A DNA stretch of 64,000 bases from Octopus vulgaris. Its lineage: Eukaryota. Positions 37,985 to 51,365 of this stretch are shown here, one piece after another. Numbering within the stretch: position 1 is the first letter of the stretch; every line of letters begins with the position of its first letter. The DNA is taken from the NCBI GenBank assembly GCA_951406725.2, contig OX597817.1, positions 76,322,001 to 76,386,000 of the forward strand. Reading direction: 5' to 3'. A program made the translations under genes and the position numbers. The notes beneath the pieces were generated by a model, which saw nothing but the letters and a program-made list of their open reading frames with translations, was not told the origin of the DNA and did not search any database.

Positions 37985-38415
37985 GATATCCGTCCCATCA
38001 ATACATACTGCACACCATCACACAGCACAACCCTTCCGTTGTTGAGCCCTCAGATGGCTTTTAAGACCAGCTGCTGACTGACAGGGTTTAAAACACAAGT
38101 GACGGATTTTAATTCAAGCTTCTCCAATATCTTTGCCCTTTGGAATCTGATTCTGAAGGAATGTTTTTGTGAACTAGCATATGTCTTTTTTAAGTTCAGA
38201 TATTGTCTTACAAGTTTTGTGACATATGACACAAGTCATAAGATGCGGTTGATGTTCAAGATTATTACCTACTTGAGAATTCGATTTTCATGTGACTTCA
38301 TATGATTCACGTATCCCGCTTTTGACAACAGAGCACGATCACACGTAATACATATCCAATGTTCACCGTTGATTTCAGCTCCAGTTGTTCCTTTGCGACA
38401 GGCCCTTTCAAACTC
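37985..38415 (-). pseudogene. Three tandem C2H2 zinc fingers, decayed; probably the C-terminus of an RTE-type LINE
   Basis: CITCDRALLSKAGYVNHMKSH; CVICHKTCKTISELK/RHMLVH (frameshift); HLCFKPCQSAAGLKSHLRAQH; no TGEKP linkers. Confidence 0.7.
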
Positions 38416-38447
38416 CGTATATATATATTTATTTATAAATATATACA

Positions 38448-39012
38448 CAGGGTTTGGATAAAATAATGGAAACACCAAGCATCATAGCATCATAATTTTG
38501 AAATATCTATTAAACTTTCAAAAACTTTTTTATTTTTATGTTTTTTTATTTATTATTAGAGTTGCTTAATATGTTTTGCTAAAATTGCTGTTTCTTTTCA
38601 GATATCATCAGAAAAATATAATTAAAGTTCATTAAAATGACAGATCTATCGGACTTTCAAAGAGGTCAAATTGTTGGTGCTCATATGGCAGGTACTAGCG
38701 TAGCGAAAAACTGCCGAAATGTTTGGTGTATAAAGAAGCACTATCTTGAAAGTAATGACAGCTTTGAGAAAGAGGGAAAAACTTCCTCGTCGAAACAAAA
38801 CTCCGGAAGAAAACCAAAATTTTCAGATAGGGACCGTCGGACTCTTACGCGAATTGTTAGAAAGGATCACAAAAGTACAGCTCTCAAAATTACTGCAGAG
38901 CTTAATGACCACCTCGAGAATCCAGTTCCCACAAAGACTGTTTGCCGGGAGCTACACAAAGCCGGATTTCACGGGAGGGCTGCAATCAGAAAACCACTAC
39001 TTTCAAAAATAA
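38448..39012 (+). mobile_element. Tc1-like transposon, 5' TIR plus N-terminal transposase, truncated
   Basis: TIR-like cagggtttggataaaataatggaaacacc; MTDLSDFQRGQIVGA..GRKPKFSDRDRRTLTRIVRK..RELHKAGFHGRAAIRKPLLS; frameshifted. Confidence 0.9.
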
Positions 39013-39014
39013 CC

Positions 39015-39660
39015 GTTGGGGAATGGTTATTGGCGGTCCTACTCATGGGGGTTGTTTGGTGACGGTGACCTTAGGGCAGGCGGTGCTGGTGGTGCAGAAT
39101 AGCAGCTGGTACTAAGGTGGTATATCCTGGTTGTCGGCGGCCCGTGGCTTCAAATTTACCAGAAGTGCATACTTTTGGTGACAGCAATAGGATAGATCTA
39201 TTTCTTGTTGATGGATACTGTGAGTTGGTAGAAAATGTGCAGTTTTCGCGGAGACAGAACTGACAATTAAAGTGGCCGGGTGAATATGGTGGCACCCTGT
39301 CGACAATGGTCCACTTGATGCTGGGTATTTCGTCTCGGATGTCATGGAGTCTCCAGATAAAGCGAGACAGAGAAGTAGAGTTCTCACCACCCCTAGATCT
39401 GAATGAGTGCATGTGCTGGGAGAGTATCGTCTCTTGAAATCATTGGTTGTCATACCCATATAGTGCCTAGCGATTTCATCGGATGGTATAACAGTGGCTC
39501 TGTACGCTGAAGTCCTTGAGAGGTAGGATTCTTCTATAGGGCAGGTGGTGGAGTTTCGGCATTTGCAAGTTGGATTTATGAGGTTGTGCGGGCGCATTTT
39601 GTCACATCTGTTAAAGCGATGTTAGATGCGATGTTGTCTAGGCAGGAGTAGCTCACTTTG
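39015..39660 (-). mobile_element. Penelope-like GIY-YIG fragment, Naiad-like
   Basis: KVSYSCLDNI, CKCRNSTTCPI, AYRATV..YMGMTTNDFKRRY, STSLSRFIWRL, IKWTIV, CQFCLRE. Confidence 0.85.
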
Positions 39661-40299
39661 GCTGAGTCACATTCATCCACACGCACACACATTTTCAAAA
39701 TGCATTTTATTAAACATCAAATTTCAACTTCAGCTGCAATATTTTTAAAACTTTCAGCTTCTTGTTCTGTACGTTTTCAGGGATGCATCTTAATTTCCTA
39801 TGCTTTGCTTGCGTGTGTCTATGTGAGTGCACACGTATGCTACACTGTGTGTGTATGTGTGTGTGGATTCCACTAAATTTTGATAATGAGCAGTGTTTTA
39901 ATAAACGTTGTATTTATAATCATTCAATGTGCGTAAACATTTTTTTCTGACTGCAGTCTTTGTTTTCAGCTACAACTGAAACAGAAATTCAGAGCTAAGT
40001 GTGACTATTACGTAGAAGGTCTTTAATAGGTTTAGGGTTACAGTTAAGTGTAATTATAATGTTTTTTGGTGTTTAGAAAAATTTCCGTCTTTATCAAGCA
40101 TCAATATTTTGTTGCATTGGATTAAACTCTATGAGAATACATGATGAGTTAGCAGATGTGTGAATGAACTTATGCGCCCGCACACACACACGAACATTAT
40201 ACACATATATGTATACATATATGTATATATATGTTATATGTGTATATGTATATATACATACACACACATACGTACATATATGCATGTATATGTATACAC

Positions 40300-40337
<38 letters not shown>

Positions 40338-40909
40338 GACGTATATACATATATATACGTGTATATATACGTACATATACATATGCATATATACATAATT
40401 ACATATGTATATATATATATGTATATATATATGTGTGTATATATATATATACACGTATATATGTACATATGTATGTGCATGAATATGTCTAACTATATAT
40501 ATGCATATTTGTGTGTGCGTGCGAGCGTGTAGATATATATATAAATATACATACATTCAGAAACATACAACCAAATCAATGCACTTATGATCAAGTATAT
40601 GAATCTCAAAGCTTACTTTGGATGTATGTGAAATATCTTTGGGAGATATTCTACTGTTCTACTGCAGAATAATTTCTCTCTATATTTTTGCCTACAGCTT
40701 TTCTGGTTCTGGAGTAGACAGTTTGATGTATTCAGCTATTCAGACTTAGCAAACTATTGAAATTACACTCAAAACTAATAAGAAGCAAAATCGCATACGT
40801 TCGGATAACATAACTAGCGAGAATAAGAAAGAAATATATATTGCATACATTCACGTATACATACATACATACATACATACATACATACATACATACATAC
40901 ATACATACA

Positions 40910-40942
<33 letters not shown>

Positions 40943-41013
40943 GTATGCATACATACATCTTACATGCGCACACACACAAACACATACACATATATATACA
41001 TATATATATATTT

Positions 41014-41076
<63 letters not shown>

Positions 41077-41203
41077 TTGCTTGGATGTATATATATATAT
41101 TATATTATATTTTTACCTTTAAAACTTTGCACGACAATTCTTCTACAGAATATCGTAAAGAATAATTTGAGATACAAGGGATGGTGTACATGTATATACA
41201 TAC

Positions 41204-41258
<55 letters not shown>

Positions 41259-41450
41259 GTGTGTGTGTGTGTGTGTATAAATAAATAAGTACACACAATA
41301 TTGACAGCCTAATGTTTATGAAATGTTAGATTATTTTACAAATCTAAAATAAATGGAATTTAAATTTTAAGACAGGCAAAACTATTTACATTTATTTTGT
41401 TATATTGTTCGCATAGGTTTTAACAAAAGTTTTGAGTTTCAAATACGTTG

Positions 41451-41778
41451 TTCATGGCTCAATTCTTGACTCAAGTCATGACCAGGTTTGAGGCTCAGTT
41501 TGTGGTTCTTAGGCTATGATTTATTTCACAGCTCATTTCATGATTCAGTTCATAATTAAATTCCTAGCTCAGTTATGGCTCAGTTCAATACTCAGTTGAT
41601 TACCGAGTTAATAGCCGAGTTTACGGCTCAATTCTTGGATAAATGCCTGCCTCAGTTCATGAGGTAGTTCACGCCACACTTCATGATTCATTTAAAGGAT
41701 TGCTTCGTGTCTCATTTCATAACTTAGTTCAGGATTCTGTTCAAGGATTCTTCTTGGCTCAGTTCATAGCTCAGTTGA
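41451..41778. repeat. Degenerate 12-bp minisatellite, consensus approximately ttcatggctcag, ~27 units
   Basis: ttcatggctcaa ttcttgactcaa gtcatgaccagg tttgaggctcag ... ttcttggctcag ttcatagctcag. Confidence 0.8.
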
Positions 41779-42810
41779 CTCTTTTGTTTTGTAATCGAGT
41801 CTGCGATTTATAACAGAAATATTTTGTTGAAAATCTTATGAGGCAGCGTTAGTTTATTATTTACATTATTTACATTATTTACATTCGACGGATAAATAAT
41901 GTAAATAATGTACATAATTCCTCATCTCTTAAATATAGAACTCTATTGTTAGTTTATTCGTGAAATTTGTTCCGGTTTTCTGTATTGTAAAACTAGATCC
42001 CCTACAGGTCAACTTTTTCTTTCAACTTCTCGTAATTAATAAATAACGTACCAGCCCCATGAAGTGACTTAGCAGAATTGTTAGAATTGTATATGTCGAT
42101 TGAAAAATTCTTCCTGATCAAAATGATTGATTTCGAAAAGAATTATTTACCTTTATTAACAAATATATATCAGCGAGAGAGGTAGTAAGCCAATCTGAGA
42201 GTTTCTCTCATCGTATCTACCGCTGAATAGGCTAATATATGACGATGAAAATAAAATAAACAGACAAACCATAGTGTTATACATATTAAAATAAAGAAAA
42301 ATGGACAAAATACTGATCTAATCCAAAATAGAAATCCGCAGATGCGATTGCTTCGTAATGTTTCCAAACAGAAACAGACATACGTTAAGAATAAAAGCTG
42401 CTTTCAAAGAGTCCAACTTCTAAATAACTACCTAAACCAACCTGCCCCTAGTAAATTTATTCGATATATGTTTGAATCTAGCCACGGAAAAGCTCTTTTA
42501 TTTACAGGAAGCGAATGAAATTTCGTGTATATGAACAAAATTCTAACATCACACCTGTTTCTTTAGTTATTATTATTATCTTTAGTATTATTCTTTAGTT
42601 AATTTAGAAGAAATTTATATTGTTAATTTCTTATAAATGGCGTCTACTGTAAGATGTTCATAAAGAACAGTTATCTAATTAAGCTGATCTTTTAATATTT
42701 CCGATTTTTGATAAATTGTTACTGCTTGTGCAAGTATACTAATACACACGTCATACATTCTTTACCCCCATTTATGGAATACGTTAAACTGTTAAACCTA
42801 TTTTATCCTT

Positions 42811-43008
42811 CATTATTTACGTCATTTATATTTGACGGATATTTGTCCTCATCTTGTTTGTTGTTAACACAACGTTTCAGCTGATAAAACTAGGTTCGAA
42901 ATTTCCCCAAGACAGCTGATGAAGGGTATATCAACCGAAACGTTGTGTTAACAGCAAACAAGATGAGGACAAATATCTGTCAAATGTAAATAATGTACAG
43001 AATTCCTC
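42811..43008 (+). mobile_element. Fold-back Penelope-type pLTR with HHR motif (42911-42949)
   Basis: Inverted arms ~42829-42886 / 42929-42985; gacag CUGAUGA ag-ggu-auauca-acc GAAACGUU guguu. Confidence 0.75.
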
Positions 43009-43009
43009 A

Positions 43010-43153
43010 GTAAGTAGCTTGCATACCAACCACATGGTTCCGGGTTCAGTCCCACTGCGTGGCACCTTGGGCAAGTGTTTTCTACTATAGCCTCGGGCCG
43101 ACCAAAGCCTTGTGAGTGGATTTGGTAGACGGAAACTGAAAAGAAGCCCGTCG

Positions 43154-43193
<40 letters not shown>

Positions 43194-43428
43194 ATTGTGT
43201 GAGTGTGTGTGTGTCTGTGTTTGTCCCCCCAACATCACTTGACAACCGATGCTGATGTGTTTACGTCCCCGTAACTTAGCGGTTCGGCAAAATATACCGA
43301 TAGAATAAGTATTAGGCTTGCAAAGAAGAAGTCCCGAGGTTGATTTGCTCGACTAAAGGCGGTGCTCCAGTATGGCCGCAGTCAGATGACTGAAACATGT
43401 AAAAGTGTAAAAGAGTAAAAGAGTAAAG
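43010..43428 (+). mobile_element. SINE family A
   Basis: Near-consensus copy lacking the first ~15 nt. Confidence 0.9.
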
Positions 43429-44724
43429 AGAGAGTACTGCTGTATATTTGCCATCGCAGGCTGGACTGGCTGTACATCATGAATAATTGGTATAATTTCA
43501 TGTGTTTCGTGTCGGTAAGGAGCTAGATCTCATGTAGAAATCAGGTCTTCCTTGGCATTTATGAATTTCACATGAGCAAAATAAAGATTATGGTTTAGAA
43601 GTCCAAGGCGTTCTACTAATGAATTCGAATTTGGAATTGCGTATACGCTGGTGCAAACAAACATACCAAATTCGGAAAACCAAGTGGAGGAATATTGAAC
43701 CGGTAGAAGTAGTTTTCTAGAAAATGAGAAGCGCCTTTCGTGAAATTCTCGTTTGTTATTGCACAAAATATGTAGAACGTTCTGTAATACAATCACCTAT
43801 ATTGAAATTAATTTTACGTTTGGTTTTTTCAGCCAGAGACTGTAACTATATTTAGGGTTCAGCCAACTTTCAAGTGCTATTTTCATGTATTTCCAGATAA
43901 TCAATCCCACTCTGCCTTTCGCTCTGCGAGTTCTCGAAGGACTTACAAGAGATCGTGAAAGTTGCATCTGTTTAGGTTTTAGTTTATCTCCATAGGCAGG
44001 AAACAGGACCCATCAGTATCTGGACGAATAAGTGATTACATTTCAGAAATAGAAACGAAGTTAGCGAAGTGTATATTTGAAATTTTAGAATGCGGAGGAG
44101 GGTATTTATTTATTTATTTATTCATTCATTCATTTATTCATTTATTTTGACGTCTATTGATAATATTTCAAAAGAATGGCTAGGTTTTTTCATAAGTAAA
44201 ATAGCTTTCAGACAATACGATTTAAGTTTAAATTTATTACATACGTGGCATTTGTTGCAGATTCACAGCACTACCTCGACAGAAAGCGATAAAATGAAAT
44301 GTTCTTCTGATACCAAGGTGAACTATAGAATTAATGTTGTAAGTCTAAATTTAGAGCTGTAGAAGTAACACACAATTATTGGACAAATGTCCAGCTGAAA
44401 TTTTCTCTAAATAACGTAGATCAGTTAATAGTCTGGGTGAGAAAAGACTATTCGATTTTCCATTGCAGATGAACAGTAAGTGTTCATCTGCACTGCGATA
44501 TATATAACTAGTCGGTGCAGAGATTTTATTTTATCTCAGACAATTCTAGAGCATCAGGACTTCTAACGGTGTGTAGTTCGATGTAAAGACGTCGACTACG
44601 AACATTTTCTAATACGAATTGTCAACAAGTTATAACCATAAATGGATGCAACTTCGGTAGATCAAAACTGAACGTAACATTGTAATACCTCATGTAAAGT
44701 AAATATAACAAATGAAAAACCCTT

Positions 44725-44912
44725 CAAGAATCCATAAAAATTCCCAGATCACTACCAAAATTTCATCATCTGTTTATTGTGTCATTACCAACTTTTGCTG
44801 CAAGTTTCATCAAATACCGCTCACAACTTTTTGAGTCATTTTGCACGCGGACGGACAGACGGACAAACTAACGCCGATGAAAACATAACCTCCTTCCTTG
44901 GTGGAGGAAATT
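44725..44912. mobile_element. Helentron/DINE-like non-autonomous element end
   Basis: aagtttcatcaaa..., a short ggac/agac repeat tract, then aaacataacctcc..ttggtggagg hairpin. Confidence 0.5.
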
Positions 44913-45341
44913 AAACACCTCCTGTTTAAGAAGTACTCGAGATAGACTCCCTTTTTAGCACCTACTAGCATAGCTCTTTTATAAAATGTCTTTATATTTT
45001 CTCTTATCATTTTGCTTCCTCATGGTCAGTGTGAAACTGATAAATAAACTTTATGTTGTTTCTGTTAAATTTGTATTGTATTATGGTCCGTTGGAAAATG
45101 TCTGTTGGTTTTGCACTAACATTTTCACATTGTTAATATATTGTGAATTAAACCGAGTTATATTTATTTTCCTGCTTCTGGGTATACATTGTTCCCAACC
45201 TAGGAGTCTCAGTGTTTAACTTTACTTTCTATTCTTTAAGTTATTCCATACAAGTGCGGCAGACAGCTGAAAATCTCATTATCAAGAGATCTCGCTGATA
45301 ATTTCCTACTCACACTTACAGTCAATATTTTTAACATGGTT

Positions 45342-45760
45342 AAGGCGGCGAGCTAGCAGAAACGTTAGCACGCCGGGCGAAATGCTTTGTAGTATTTCGT
45401 CCGACACTGCGTTTTCAGTTCAAATTCCGCCAAGGTCGACTTTGCCTTTCATCCTTTCGGGGTCGATAAATTAAGTACCAGGTAGACACTGGGATCGATG
45501 TAATCGACTTAATCCCTTTGTCTGCCCTTGTTTGTTCCCTCTATGTTTAGCCCCTTTTGGGCAATAAAGAAATAAGAAACGTTAGCATGCCGGACGAAAT
45601 TCTTAGAGTTATTTCGTCTGTCTTTACTACGTTTTGAGTTCAAATTCCGCCGAGATCGACTTTCGGGGTCGATAAATTAATTACCAGTTACGTACTGGGG
45701 TCGATCTCATCGACTGGCCTCCTCCGAAATTTCGGGCCTTGCGCCTAGAGTAGAAAAGAA
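45342..45760 (+). mobile_element. SINE family B dimer with two different tails
   Basis: The head occurs at 45342 and again at 45577. Confidence 0.85.
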
Positions 45761-46169
45761 TATTTTTATCGTGGTTAACTGATGTTTTGAAGATTTATAA
45801 GTTAGGGATCTATGTTTCACATTACGATTAGCTCCTGCACTGCTCACTGAATGTGTTATTTAAGCTCAGCTAAACGATTGTTCCGTCTTGGGGTGGAGGT
45901 AAAGAAAATGATTGCTACCAAATTGGAAAAAAGGTGTCATGGACTAATAAGGGGTGTCTAACAGGAATGAAAATTACATTATAACCAAAATTCAAAATTT
46001 ATACACTTTTAACACATATTAAACATGATAAATTTACGATATAATCGTTTCTCTCACACATTCTGAGAACCTAAGGTTAAAATCTTCCCTTTTACTCAAG
46101 TTTTCACTCAACTTCCCTTATAGTCACCTCGTTTTACACTCTTTCTCAAAAATCTCTATTCTTATCCCA

Positions 46170-46325
46170 TCTTCTGGAAAGAGGGTATTTTCAAGTTAAA
46201 GGAAAGATGGAGACGCATTGTGCAATAAAATGGTTCATATTTGGTTGATTAAAAATGTAATGGCAAGTATTTATTGACTTCTTCTTTCCTTTAAAAATCG
46301 GCACGAACTTTCCGGACAACCCAAT
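46170..46325 (+). mobile_element. Mariner 3' end (transposase C-terminus plus TIR)
   Basis: FWKEGIFKLKERWRRIVQ*NGSYLVD*, followed by aaatcggcacgaactttccggacaacccaa-TA. Confidence 0.8.
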
Positions 46326-46329
46326 ACAT

Positions 46330-48410
46330 CCGAGAAGATGTCACACCCATACTACTCTTATCAGAACTCAAACTCTGTCCGTGACACTTTAACAGTACAC
46401 ATAAAACAAGTTGATGTAGTTGTATGCTCAACATACTGTCCGCCAAATACCTCAAAGCAGGAGGGTAAATTTGAGGATAGTCTCAGATGCATAGAAGAGG
46501 TCTTGACAAATCTGGACCAACACATCAATATACTTTTCCTAGGCGACTTTAACTTCCCAAATGTTAAGGGGCCTGAAGAACACATCATCTCTAGGATGTC
46601 ACTGCATGAGCAAAGCCAGGCAAAATCTTTGTTAGAACTCTCCAACATGCTGTTCATGGAACAAGTGATACTCCAACCAACCAGTAGAAGTAATATTTTA
46701 GATCTCTGCTTCACAAGCAATGTGAGCCTAATCCATAGTGTGAAAGTAACACCTACATCTCTTTCAGATCATAACATTATATAATTAACAATGTACGGTC
46801 CTAGACAACCCACTGACACCCACCACATCAGGAGGACTCAAGTCATATCCAACCTGAATTTCCACAGGGCGGACTGGAAGTCAATTTGCAAAGAAATTCG
46901 AAATCAAAACTGACATGTCAGCTTTTCTATACAAGACAATGATCTCAAGATAAGTCATTTTATGTCAACCATACAAGATATATGTACCAAATATGTGCCA
47001 GAAAGAAAGACCAGAAAACATGCCAATAGAATTCCCAGAGACAGGAAAATCCTTATCAGACACAGAACAAAGGTCTCAAACCAGTTTAATAAAGAAGTTG
47101 AGGATAAGGAAAGGGCTAAATTAAAACTAACACTGTTAGAAATAGAAAACAAAATTAAATTCTCCCATGAAAAGGAGAGCGGAGAGGGAGAAGATAGCAG
47201 TAGAAAACATAAAAACAAGCCCCAAGGCTTTCTATAGATTTACAAAGGAGACTGCCACAGCACAGTACAAAATAGGACCCCTATTGTTGCCTAATGGCTC
47301 ACTGACTGCAGACCCCAAATGGATAAGTGAAATGCTCAGTGCACAATTCAAGAGTGTTTTCCCTTCTCCACTGAGTCACATGCAGATAAAGAACCCAGTT
47401 GATTTCTTTGACAACATCATTCAGCAGAAAAAGACTGCATCCCTTACCTACATTGACATTGAAGAGGAAGATGTAATAGCGGCCATAAACGAAATGAGCT
47501 CAAATTCAGCAACTGGCCCCGATGGTTTCCCAGCTGCCCTCCTAAAGCCATGCAAACATGAATTAGCGGTACCACTCCGGATATTCTTCCAGAATTTCCT
47601 TGCAAGTGGTAAACTCCCCAAAAAGCTGAAGGAAGGCATCATATGTCCTATCCATAAAGGTGGAGCAGAGCAGAGGCTTCCACCTTTACAGGCCCATGTC
47701 TCTGACTTCACATATTAGCAAAGTCATGGAACGAATTGTCAGAAGGAGGCTGATAGCGTACCTAGAAGAAAATGACTTGTTGAATGAGCCCCGGCATGGC
47801 TTCCGTCCAGGTAGAAGCTGCCTCATGCAGCTCTTGCAACGTTATGACTGGGTCCTGCAGCAGCTACTAGACTATTCAAATGTTGATGCGATGTAACTCG
47901 ACTTTCGTAAGGCCTTTGACAATGTTGATCATGGCATGATATGTCACACTGTAAAATTAAGAGAGTGGCTGCATGACTTCCTGAATGGTAGAAGTCAGAT
48001 AGTTGCAGCCAGTAGAGAATTATCTAGGGAAACGCAAAGGGTACCGCCCACTCCATATCACCTAAGAAAAAGGTATTGCTACAGCCTCAGCTTCAGAGGA
48101 GATCAACTCTTTAATGCCTTGTCAGAACAATTGAGAGACCTGCAAGACATGGATGTAGAGGTCTTCAAAACGAAACTCGACACTTTCCTATCCACGATAC
48201 CAGACGAACCGACGGCACGAAATGAGACACAGTTGAGGGCAGCGATATCAAATTCTCTTATACACCAGATGTGCAATCGAAAGTTTTGATTGGACTACAT
48301 CAGCTGGCGGAGAAGAGACCAGCAAGGAATGTGAAAGGAGCACAGCATAAGGAGGGACAGTCAAGGTGGTAGTGCTCTAGCACGACCGCAGCCACTTGAA
48401 TGAACGAATA
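46330..48410 (+). mobile_element. CR1-like LINE (second family), APE and RT with a large internal deletion
   Basis: YCPP, LGDFNFP, ILDLCF, SDH, ATGPDGFP, YRPMSLTSHISKVME, HGFRPGRSC, DFRKAFD; then jumps to C-terminal FKTKLDTFLSTIPDEP. Confidence 0.9.
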
Positions 48411-48424
48411 TATATATATATATA

Positions 48425-48519
48425 TACATAAATGTATATATACAGATATTTATATATATATAAATGAGAGGGTGAAAATTTAGTTTTGTTAAACAAAAAT
48501 TCATTCATTAATGGATATG

Positions 48520-48550
<31 letters not shown>

Positions 48551-48733
48551 AATGTATATATATATATAAATGTATATTTACATATATACATAAATGTATA
48601 TATACATATATATATAAATGTATATATGCATATATATATACATATATATAAATGTATATATACATAAATATATATAAATGTATATATATATAAATATATA
48701 TAAATGTATATATATATAAATGTATACATATAA

Positions 48734-48782
<49 letters not shown>

Positions 48783-48805
48783 GTATATATACATATAAAT
48801 GTATA
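48425..48805. repeat. Compound (TA)n / (TA)nAATG minisatellite
   Basis: Recurring ataaatgtatata. Confidence 0.85.
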
Positions 48806-49559
48806 AGCGACGATCTTCGCCTTTTACCGGAGTCTAACACACTCAATACTACTTCTATATTAACCCATCATGGAAAGTAACAGCGGTAATTTTATATAAT
48901 TATAATATATAGAGTTAATTTGCAGAGCTGGAGGGGTAAGATGCTAAAATATATGTTATATATAATCTCACCAAACGGATCAGAAATTATATTGAATTTC
49001 TATATGAGCTGACTGAATAGGCGGAAGATTACGTTATTGGAGGTAATTCTGTAAAGTTTTGAAAGAGTTATGTCCCTTGCAAGATGTCGTACGTGTACTG
49101 TTTTAATATTTTAGTACTGTGAAGCGTTCATATTGATTTTCCCTTGTAATTGTCAAAACTACGGCGGATATTTTATTTCAATGGAAGACGTATATTCTAT
49201 AGACGTTGTTATCAACTGAAACTAGTTAATATAGTAGCTTAAAGGCAGTAGATTTCGCTATTCTTCGATCTCTTATTCCAAGTCGAATCTACTCTACCAT
49301 CATAAAGTTACATCTCCACTGAGAGTAAATTATATTCCATTTTTTCTTTCTCGTCTTGAATTTTAAAATATAGTAACTTTTTATTTAGCAATAAATTTTT
49401 ACTGTATAAAAAGATCAAATTGTGGCGAAAAACGAAAAACGAAACAACTCCCTCATCAAGAAAACTAAGGAAAAAAGAAAAGGCGGGAGGAATTAAGCAG
49501 CAGAAAATAGTGAACGTGGTGGTGGTGGTGGTGAAAAACTGGTTGTACATCCCATCCAA

Positions 49560-50130
49560 ATGGCGTGTATAGCTGCGCCTCGCGGATGTGATTGCAAAGG
49601 CGTTGTCACGGAAAATGTCCAGCGACACTCGCTGTACCAGCCATCCCATCTTGCGAGACTCGTTTCTCAGACAGGCCGCACTTAGCTCGGGTTTCCGGAG
49701 ATCTCAACAGTGCGGAGTCTGGAGACATCTGAGGTCTCGACGGTGACTGGCACAAAATGAAAGCAGCCGGTCGGACCTCTATATTTGTTTTAATTTCTCT
49801 TTTGAATTACGGGCGTCGATACCTGGGTTAGCAGCTGATGTGAGAAGGCTGGAGTCGGAGAACGTGTCGTAGCACGTCGCGTCCAAGATTTGCATCCTTC
49901 ATATCAGAAGAGGGTTATTTTACTGGGGCACCGGACCCAGCAACTGTAGTCAGATGTAGCCGATTGAGTAGCTGAAAACCTTGCTGTCTCCCAGAATACA
50001 GTTGTCCAAGGTAACTAGGACGACATGAAATACAAATTTGTTGCCAGCTAGCGCTGACAACACTAATGTTCCAGATCAGTTCTGCGCAGGGCCAGACTGT
50101 GTCATCGATATCTGTGCGAGGGTGAAAATT
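49560..50130 (-). mobile_element. CRE-like RLE non-LTR retrotransposon, C-terminal fragment
   Basis: LDATCYDTFSDS (cf. WDATC.DT.A.S), HFVPVTVETS, WLVQRVSLDIFRDNAFAI (cf. QRISLAIQRGNA). Confidence 0.75.
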
Positions 50131-50187
50131 TGGTTTTGCTTGACAAAAAATGCATTCATTAATGGATATGATAAAAAAAAATAAAAT

Positions 50188-50630
50188 AGGTGTAGGAGTG
50201 GCTGTGTGGTAAGTAGTTTGCTTACCAACCACATGGTTCCGGTTTCATTCCCACTGCGTAGCACCGTGGTCAAATGTCTTCTACTAAAGCCTCGGGCCGA
50301 CCAAAGCCTTGTGGGTGGAATTGGTAGACGGAAACTGAAAGAAGCCCATCGCAAATATATATATGTATATATATATATATATAATAGTGTGTGTGTGTGT
50401 GTGTATACATATGTGTGTGTGTGTGTATGTTTGTGTTTCTGTGTTCCCCAAGATCGCTTGACAACCGATGCTGGTGTGTTTACGTCCCCGTAACTTAGGG
50501 GTTCGGTGAAAGAGACCGATAGAATAAGCACTAGGCTTACAAAGAATAAGTTATGGGGTCGATTTCTTCGACTAAAGGTGGTGCTCCAGCATGGCCACAG
50601 TCAAATGACTGAAACAAGTAAAAGAGTAAA
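50188..50630 (+). mobile_element. SINE family A, full length
   Basis: Consensus head, internal microsatellite and tail. Confidence 0.9.
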
Positions 50631-50934
50631 TAGTTATTGAAACAAGATACAAAGAATATTAAAGCATACAATTTTAAGAACGCCTAAAAAGTATATGGAA
50701 AATAGAATAGAATCGGAGCGTACAAAGAGTTGAGCGTACAAAGAGTTATGCAAGATGTATATATAAGGACAGTTGAATGGTTTGAACGTTGCTTAAAACC
50801 GGTTCGTCTTCAGTTCGCGGCTATTTCTTACGACGCTTAATTCTTTATTTACAACAGATTAGTAGAGATTATTAATAGAGAATATGTACATCTACATAAT
50901 ACTCTCACGCACACACAGAGCTTTATTTATAATT

Positions 50935-51212
50935 ACTCTACCAGGATTACAAGTTCAGGTTTATACCTGTAATTATTGAGGCACTGAGAAGTGTAACAAA
51001 CTTTCGAAGCACAGGTTTAGTATTTCCAGAAGCTTATCATTTAAGTATATATGCGCAATTCGGGACATGAAACTATGTGCATGAAAAACATACATAAAAG
51101 AAAATATACAAATTTGCCAAAGCAATGACTCAAATACTGCACATGTACATACATACATACATACATACATACATACATACATACATACATACATACATAC
51201 ACACACACATAA

Positions 51213-51243
<31 letters not shown>

Positions 51244-51365
51244 CATACATACATACATGCAAAAATACCCTGTTGATGTCGAAATTCGAATGAAGGGGTC
51301 TTGAAACTAGGTTAGATAGTGACTCTTTCTCTATTTGCAAGAGATGTTCAAATAAAACAGAATAA
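50935..51365 (+). mobile_element. 3' end of the R4/Dong-like family with internal and terminal (TACA)n
   Basis: gattacaagttcaggtttatacctgta and ttatcatttaa.tatatatg match 17877-17903 and 18053-18072. Confidence 0.8.

Noticed and set aside
26335-39600. Selenocysteine (in-frame UGA) in the Naiad-like endonuclease fragments
   Set aside because: The visible Cys motif positions are not TGA, and the fragments are too decayed to infer recoding or a SECIS.
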